A stretch of DNA of 64,000 bases, taken from IMG/VR virus record IMGVR_UViG_3300025869_000013, positions 4,253 through 68,252 of that record, one strand, 5' to 3'. Position numbers and translations under genes: made by a program. The notes under the pieces were generated by a model. The model searched no databases, had not been told where the DNA came from, and saw only the letters and a program-made list of their open reading frames with translations. Source of the DNA: a virus. Below, in pieces: positions 59,582 to 64,000 of this stretch; the first letter of the stretch is position 1, and each line of letters begins with the position of its first letter.

Positions 59582-60022
59582 TTATCTATCTTTATCTCGT
59601 ATCATATCATCTATGGACTTATTATAGACTTTATCTGTATACGACTTGTTATTGAAAAAAACACTTCGCTCTGAGGTTGGTAGATCCTCTTCGCCTAGTA
59701 AGATACGATATATCCTACTAACTAGCTGTGAGCATTTGAAAGAAGTCTTAAACACAGAGAACTTTATACTCGTTCTATTCCTATGTCGCCAAACTTCTAT
59801 CCATCCAGCTGATCGTAGTTTCTCCCACCTTTTCTTATCCCAAGAATATGTGTAAGCACCCTCGATAAATTCGTTACGGGTAAATCTACCCTTATGATCT
59901 AGGTATATCAATAACTCTAGATCGGCATCAGTTAACCCATAAGTCTTACAGGCCCACTTTCTAGTGAGCCTGTAGTACTTAAGGATATTCATATCACGCA
60001 GATCCTGCGCTGTTAATCTCAT
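59582..60022 (-). CDS. putative winged-helix DNA-binding protein
   Basis: YGLTDADLELLIYL...FTR.EF...LRSAGWIEV, MarR-like pattern. Confidence 0.55.
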   Translation of the reverse strand: MRLTAQDLRDMNILKYYRLTRKWACKTYGLTDADLELLIYLDHKGRFTRNEFIEGAYTYSWDKKRWEKLRSAGWIEVWRHRNRTSIKFSVFKTSFKCSQLVSRIYRILLGEEDLPTSERSVFFNNKSYTDKVYNKSIDDMIRDKDR

Positions 60023-60031
60023 GTATTAAGA

Positions 60032-60760
60032 TTATGCAAACACCATATCTCCATCAGCGGCAGTAATAACTGTTGCGTAGTAGAATGTTCCGTCACAATA
60101 GATACTGACTTTGTCACCTTTAGTAGGCGTTGCGTCAAATGTCATTGTAGTAAACCCAGCGTTTGAAATCTGAGCACCAGTAGTTGCAGCCTCTAAACCA
60201 ATAGCACATATCTTATTCGTATCAGAAGCAGTTTTTTCTGTGATAATGTACTGGTTTGAGGTTGTAACTGTTTTTACAACCATATCAATATACCAACCTG
60301 CGCCAGCATCAGCGATAGCAGGTAAAGTTACAGTAAAACCAGCTAATAAGTCAAGACCAAGAATTTTACCTGAATCTGAAGCAGCTAGCGCGGTTGCAGC
60401 TTGCACGTCTTCATAAATACGCTTGTTAGACTGTGATGCTGTAGTAAAGCTAGTTACTGCATCAAAGAAGTCATTAAAGTATACGCTGTTTTTATCATCA
60501 GCAACCACTGTTAAACCTGATCTGTTTCCTTGCATTGCGCCAGCAACAGCTTCTAATGCTTTTTCTTCGTTACCAGCTGTAGCAACGTGAATTCGTACTC
60601 TATCGTAAGATCCATTGCTTGATGTTGAAAGCGCTGATGCAAAGTAAATATCAATCTCTTGAGCAGCACCTATTTCAGCTCCTCTAAAATTACTTATCGT
60701 ATTCATGTAAGATGAATCCGAGTCATTGTGGAATACCACAAAGTTTTCTCCGTTTGTCAT
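60032..60760 (-). CDS. putative virion structural / decoration protein
   Basis: A/T/S-rich; L.ASDSGK...FTVTLPA...AGW...GDKVSIYCDGTFYY; has its own promoter. Confidence 0.5.
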   Translation of the reverse strand: MTNGENFVVFHNDSDSSYMNTISNFRGAEIGAAQEIDIYFASALSTSSNGSYDRVRIHVATAGNEEKALEAVAGAMQGNRSGLTVVADDKNSVYFNDFFDAVTSFTTASQSNKRIYEDVQAATALAASDSGKILGLDLLAGFTVTLPAIADAGAGWYIDMVVKTVTTSNQYIITEKTASDTNKICAIGLEAATTGAQISNAGFTTMTFDATPTKGDKVSIYCDGTFYYATVITAADGDMVFA

Positions 60761-60836
60761 TTTTAAAAATTTTTAATTATTAATTGTTTTTGATTTACCG
60801 TTTAAGGTTTAAGGCTCTTGGTTTAGGTCTAATATA

Positions 60837-60863
60837 TATATCACACGTTTAGCGAAGTAGTTA
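60837..60863 (-). promoter_or_regulatory. putative phage-sigma promoter C (TAACT-N12-GTGTGATATA)
   Basis: In the gap after groES; matches the motif with an exact 12-bp spacer. Confidence 0.62.
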
Positions 60864-61118
60864 CTCCACTAACACTACATCTCTTGCTCGGATTACATGG
60901 TACATTCTATCTGCCCAGGTTATACCATGCCCAGCGTGTTTGTCGTAATATATAATGTCTTTATCTTTTAGGCCTTCCACTAGATTACCTGTAGAGATAA
61001 TCGTAGCTTTAATATACCTATTTGTCTCATCTAGTTCTTCTGTGAGAAGTAGGCCACCAACTTTCTTAGGACCTACTTTTTCTACGTCTACTACTATGTA
61101 ATCATTTATTGCTTTCAT
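60861..61118 (-). CDS. groES: co-chaperonin GroES
   Basis: MKAINDYIVV...KKVGGLLL...ATIISTG...LKDKDIIYY...VIRARDVV; adjacent to groEL. Confidence 0.82.
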   Translation of the reverse strand: MKAINDYIVVDVEKVGPKKVGGLLLTEELDETNRYIKATIISTGNLVEGLKDKDIIYYDKHAGHGITWADRMYHVIRARDVVLVE

Positions 61119-62670
61119 CTGCTCTAGCATTTGAGATTACACAATCTGCGGATATAATGGTAGACACCACTGATACCGCATTTTTTAAAGCTGACTTAGT
61201 CACTAGCACCGGATCTACAATCCCAGCTTCTACCATGTCAACACTCACACCTGTAACTACATCCACTCCATGCCCTTCATCTAGTTTACCACCGGCTTGT
61301 AACCCTGCGTTATCCAGGATAGTCGCATACGGAGCTTTTATAGCTTGCATGAGTATCTCCTCCCCTACCCCTTGGGGTAAAATTTTCTGAGAAGCATTTA
61401 ACAGTGCTACTCCACCACCTGACACCACTCCTTCTTTCAAAGCGGCTTTAGTTGCGTATATAGCGTCTTCAGCTCTATCTTTCTTTTCTTTAAGTTCAAC
61501 CTTAGAGTCAGCACCTACTTTAACTATACCTACAGACCCAGATAAAGATGCTAACCTTTGTTCTAGCTTCTTTTTAATAAACCCGTTCTTTTCTTTAGCT
61601 ATCTTAGCTTTTACCTCTGCCACTCTCTCCGTTATCTCCTCTGTAACTTCGTCTAGAGTTATTACGGTAGACTTATCATCTGTAACCGCGTTCTCAGCTT
61701 CTCCTAGATGTTCTATAGAGATAAGATCTAAATCATCTCCTAGCTCTTCATTAATAACAGTAGCACCAGTTAATACAGCTAGATCTTCTGTAGCGTCTTT
61801 CTTAGTAGGTCCAAATCCTGGTAGGTCAACAATATTAATCTTAATGTTACCTTTAACCTTGTTCATAAGCAAAGCGCTCTTTACTGACTGAGCCACTGGA
61901 GCTACGATAAGTAACGCTCTACCTTTCTTTATAACATGTTCTAGTACCGTTTGTATCTTACGTACGTTAGGTATCTCACTAGACACAATTAAGACATACG
62001 GGTTATCTAACTCAGCTATATGCTTCTCTGTATTTGTAACCCAGTGTGGAGATGTTAAACCGCAATCGATCTGAACTCCATCCACTAACTCCACGTACGT
62101 TTCCTCTGTTTCGCTCTCCTCCATGAGGACAACACCTGTTTTACCTACCTTCTCGTAAGCCTCCGCAATAACGCTTCCAAGGAAACTATCATTGTTGCAG
62201 CTAATAGAGCTAACAGATTGAAGCATATCTCCCTCAACTTCAATAGCACTCTCTTCAAGATACTCAACAACTTTGACCAAACCAGAGCTAACACCCTCTT
62301 TAATCTCCCTAATAGATTTACCAGCATGTTTCTCTTTGTTTACTTCTTTTAAAAGTGATTCAGCGAGGACGGTAGCCGTTGTGGTACCATCACCCGCTTC
62401 TTTCACTGTATTACTCGCAGCCTCCTTAATTAAAGTGGCTCCTATGTTCTCAACCGGATCATATAAGACTACGCTTTGAGCAACGGTTACACCGTCTTTT
62501 GTTATGACCGGCATGCCGCGAGCATCTTCGTATATAACGCATTTTCCCGATGCGCCTAATGTGCTCTTTACGGCTTGCGCTAGCTTTTGTACGCCAGCTA
62601 TTATTTTACTTTTAGCGTCTTGACCAAAATCTAGTTGTTTGATCAACTCACTAGGTAAGTTGTATTCCAT
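61102..62670 (-). CDS. groEL: chaperonin GroEL
   Basis: AVKSTLG..G, ITKDGVTVA, AGDGTTTATVLA, PGFG, EKKDRAEDA..AT.AA..EGVV.GGG, GIVDP..VT..AL.NA. Confidence 0.95.
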   Translation of the reverse strand: MEYNLPSELIKQLDFGQDAKSKIIAGVQKLAQAVKSTLGASGKCVIYEDARGMPVITKDGVTVAQSVVLYDPVENIGATLIKEAASNTVKEAGDGTTTATVLAESLLKEVNKEKHAGKSIREIKEGVSSGLVKVVEYLEESAIEVEGDMLQSVSSISCNNDSFLGSVIAEAYEKVGKTGVVLMEESETEETYVELVDGVQIDCGLTSPHWVTNTEKHIAELDNPYVLIVSSEIPNVRKIQTVLEHVIKKGRALLIVAPVAQSVKSALLMNKVKGNIKINIVDLPGFGPTKKDATEDLAVLTGATVINEELGDDLDLISIEHLGEAENAVTDDKSTVITLDEVTEEITERVAEVKAKIAKEKNGFIKKKLEQRLASLSGSVGIVKVGADSKVELKEKKDRAEDAIYATKAALKEGVVSGGGVALLNASQKILPQGVGEEILMQAIKAPYATILDNAGLQAGGKLDEGHGVDVVTGVSVDMVEAGIVDPVLVTKSALKNAVSVVSTIISADCVISNARADESNK

Positions 62671-62704
62671 ATTGTATTAAATTAAATTAAATTGTTTGCT
62701 ACAC

Positions 62705-62932
62705 TTAATATAGCTCGCTTATGCGCTTATTCTGATATTTGTCAAAAGCCTTAAGCTCAGCAGCGGTTGCACCACCCTTCACTAGCTCCATTCGTTCTTT
62801 AGATATTTCCGCTCGAACTTCCTTCAAAGACTTTGTAACTGGCTTCCTGTCGCGATACTCTTTTGTACCACCCATACCTACTTCTTTTACTGGATCTCCA
62901 TTTTTAGGAAATCCTTTCATTTTAAAAGCCAT
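62705..62932 (-). CDS. small basic protein, MAFKM family
   Basis: MAFKMKGFP. Confidence 0.65.
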   Translation of the reverse strand: MAFKMKGFPKNGDPVKEVGMGGTKEYRDRKPVTKSLKEVRAEISKERMELVKGGATAAELKAFDKYQNKRISELY

Positions 62933-62934
62933 AG

Positions 62935-63369
62935 TTATTTGTTTTTGCGATTAGTCTTCCTCTGCTCTCTATTTTCCTTCCTCTGCTTTCTTTTCTGCTC
63001 TCTCTCGTACTTTCTTTCGGAGATCCTATCCGCTCTGTTAGCACCGTGACCAACCTCCTTGTTTTTCCCTTTATTTTTCTTTCTCTCGTTTTTAACCACA
63101 GCTTTATCAGCTCTTTTCTTTGTATAGGCGTCGTGAGCAGCGATGGCTTTTTTTTCCTTAGTTAGCAACCTGTCACCCTTACGTGATTCAACTGAACCAC
63201 TTTCATCTAAGTAGTCGTCAAACTTTTTCTCTGCCTTAGCCGCTCTCTTGGCTAAAAACCTTTCTCTTAAGTCGTCTCCTTTCTCGTAAGGTGGAATGTG
63301 ACCTGTTTTACTCTTTTTATGCCCCGGCTTATGTTTTTGAAACGGGGCGCCATTCATTTTAAATGCCAT
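62935..63369 (-). CDS. highly basic protein, MAFKM family
   Basis: MAFKMNGAPF; K/R-rich. Confidence 0.65.
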   Translation of the reverse strand: MAFKMNGAPFQKHKPGHKKSKTGHIPPYEKGDDLRERFLAKRAAKAEKKFDDYLDESGSVESRKGDRLLTKEKKAIAAHDAYTKKRADKAVVKNERKKNKGKNKEVGHGANRADRISERKYEREQKRKQRKENREQRKTNRKNK

Positions 63370-63371
63370 GA

Positions 63372-63557
63372 TTATTTTTTGTTTTTTACAGCTTTTCTAA
63401 GGGTTCTCTGTATCTCAAGCTCTTGTTTAAAAAGCTTTTTTTCATCAAGATTCATACCTAGTTTACTAGCGCTTTCGACTTGAGCCTTAGCAGAAGCTCT
63501 AGCTCTTTTTCTTTTACCCCCTGTTTTAAAAGGGGCGTTATTCATTTTAAACGCCAT
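63372..63557 (-). CDS. small basic protein, MAFKM family
   Basis: MAFKMNNAPF. Confidence 0.65.
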   Translation of the reverse strand: MAFKMNNAPFKTGGKRKRARASAKAQVESASKLGMNLDEKKLFKQELEIQRTLRKAVKNKK

Positions 63558-63567
63558 ACCGTGTATA

Positions 63568-63858
63568 TTAGAATGTTTTTACTACTTTCGGCCCTTTTGT
63601 AGCCTCTAGTTTTTTAGAAAAATAGTCGATGCTCCCATCAATAGCACTTTCCGCACCTTCCATAGTCTCTCTACGGGTTACAGAGTGCCAATTTTCCTCA
63701 TCTTTTGGGTTAGATACCTCCGTTTGGTAGAATCCGTTAGGTAATTGGGTAATTCGCCACTTAGATTTGTCGGACATGTGTGTCCATTCAGCGATTTCCT
63801 GTTTGCCAGGCTTCATAGTATGCGTCGTAGACGTACTATTGTAGTATAAATAGGTCAT
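63568..63858 (-). CDS. hypothetical protein, first gene after promoter B
   Basis: WRITQLPNGFYQTE...VTRRET.EGAE.AID...GPKVVKTF. Confidence 0.7.
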   Translation of the reverse strand: MTYLYYNSTSTTHTMKPGKQEIAEWTHMSDKSKWRITQLPNGFYQTEVSNPKDEENWHSVTRRETMEGAESAIDGSIDYFSKKLEATKGPKVVKTF

Positions 63859-63920
63859 GTGTGTTTGGTTTTTATGACTGTTTATGGATTAGGGTGTTTC
63901 CCTATAGTATTATACTTCGT

Positions 63921-63947
63921 ATAATCACACAGATAAGTGGTAATTTA
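63921..63947 (-). promoter_or_regulatory. putative phage-sigma promoter B (TAAAT-N12-GTGTGATTAT)
   Basis: At the head of the minus-strand late arm; matches the motif with an exact 12-bp spacer. Confidence 0.7.
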
Positions 63948-63951
63948 AAAA

Positions 63952-63999
63952 GCATGACAATAGCCTACTACTCTTATACCTTAACTAGCTAATGTCACA
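63952..63999. promoter_or_regulatory. gapped inverted repeat, copy 2 (TGACAATAGCC-N21-AGCTAATGTCA)
   Basis: Shares GCATGACAATAGCC and GCTAATGTCACA with 2256-2302 but has an unrelated spacer. Confidence 0.6.
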
Positions 64000-64000
64000 A

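Noticed and set aside
61102-62670. Host chromosomal groESL indicating a prophage boundary or contamination
   Set aside because: Divergent sequence, groEL-before-groES order, no GGM tail, and phage-type genes and phage promoter motifs on both sides
12334-63483. Many + strand ORFs of 60-145 aa within the minus-strand arm (and minus-strand ORFs within 1-9 kb)
   Set aside because: They are antisense shadows of long genes that have clear motifs, and show no recognisable features of their own
1-64000. tRNA/rRNA genes, integrase, transposase, introns or inteins, stop-codon reassignment
   Set aside because: Intergenic gaps are short with no cloverleaf seen; no recombinase or transposase motifs; RNR, terminase and helicase are uninterrupted; long ORFs are intact under the standard code and TAG serves as a normal stop (e.g. 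ssb, sigma)

Overview
The whole window is part of a lytic dsDNA tailed-phage genome, most likely a podovirus-type phage of marine Bacteroidota (Flavobacteriia-like host). The host inference rests on a T9SS cargo signal, AT-rich leaders without Shine-Dalgarno sites, and a terminase-portal-scaffold-capsid-ring-stabiliser order like that of crAss-related and Cellulophaga phages. It has two convergent arms meeting at a terminator near 11.94 kb. The + strand arm (1-11.9 kb) carries replication and nucleotide genes: ATP-dependent ligase, DenV-like glycosylase, sigma factor, ERF, exonuclease, SSB, primase-helicase, a thymidylate-synthase-family enzyme, MazG-like pyrophosphatases, a resolvase and a class II RNR. 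The - strand arm (64-12 kb) carries GroEL/GroES, holin-like genes, packaging, capsid, tail, a 3067-aa polyvalent protein, tail fibres and an endolysin. Main observations: (1) a cassette apparently aimed at the host envelope, made of a T9SS-CTD cargo protein, an outer-membrane beta-barrel and an exported thioredoxin-fold protein; (2) the 'thymidylate synthase' carries the dCMP-specific Asp and T4 gp42-like motifs, suggesting modified cytosine in the DNA; (3) a bipartite motif TAAMT-N12-GTGTRAYWWW at four operon heads, probably read by the phage sigma factor; (4) a gapped palindrome present twice, over the start of an HTH gene and beside the late promoter; (5) a family of small basic proteins starting MAFKM; (6) an Rmt2/GAMT-like methyltransferase within the tail-fibre module. 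All calls come from motif recognition by eye; no searches were run.
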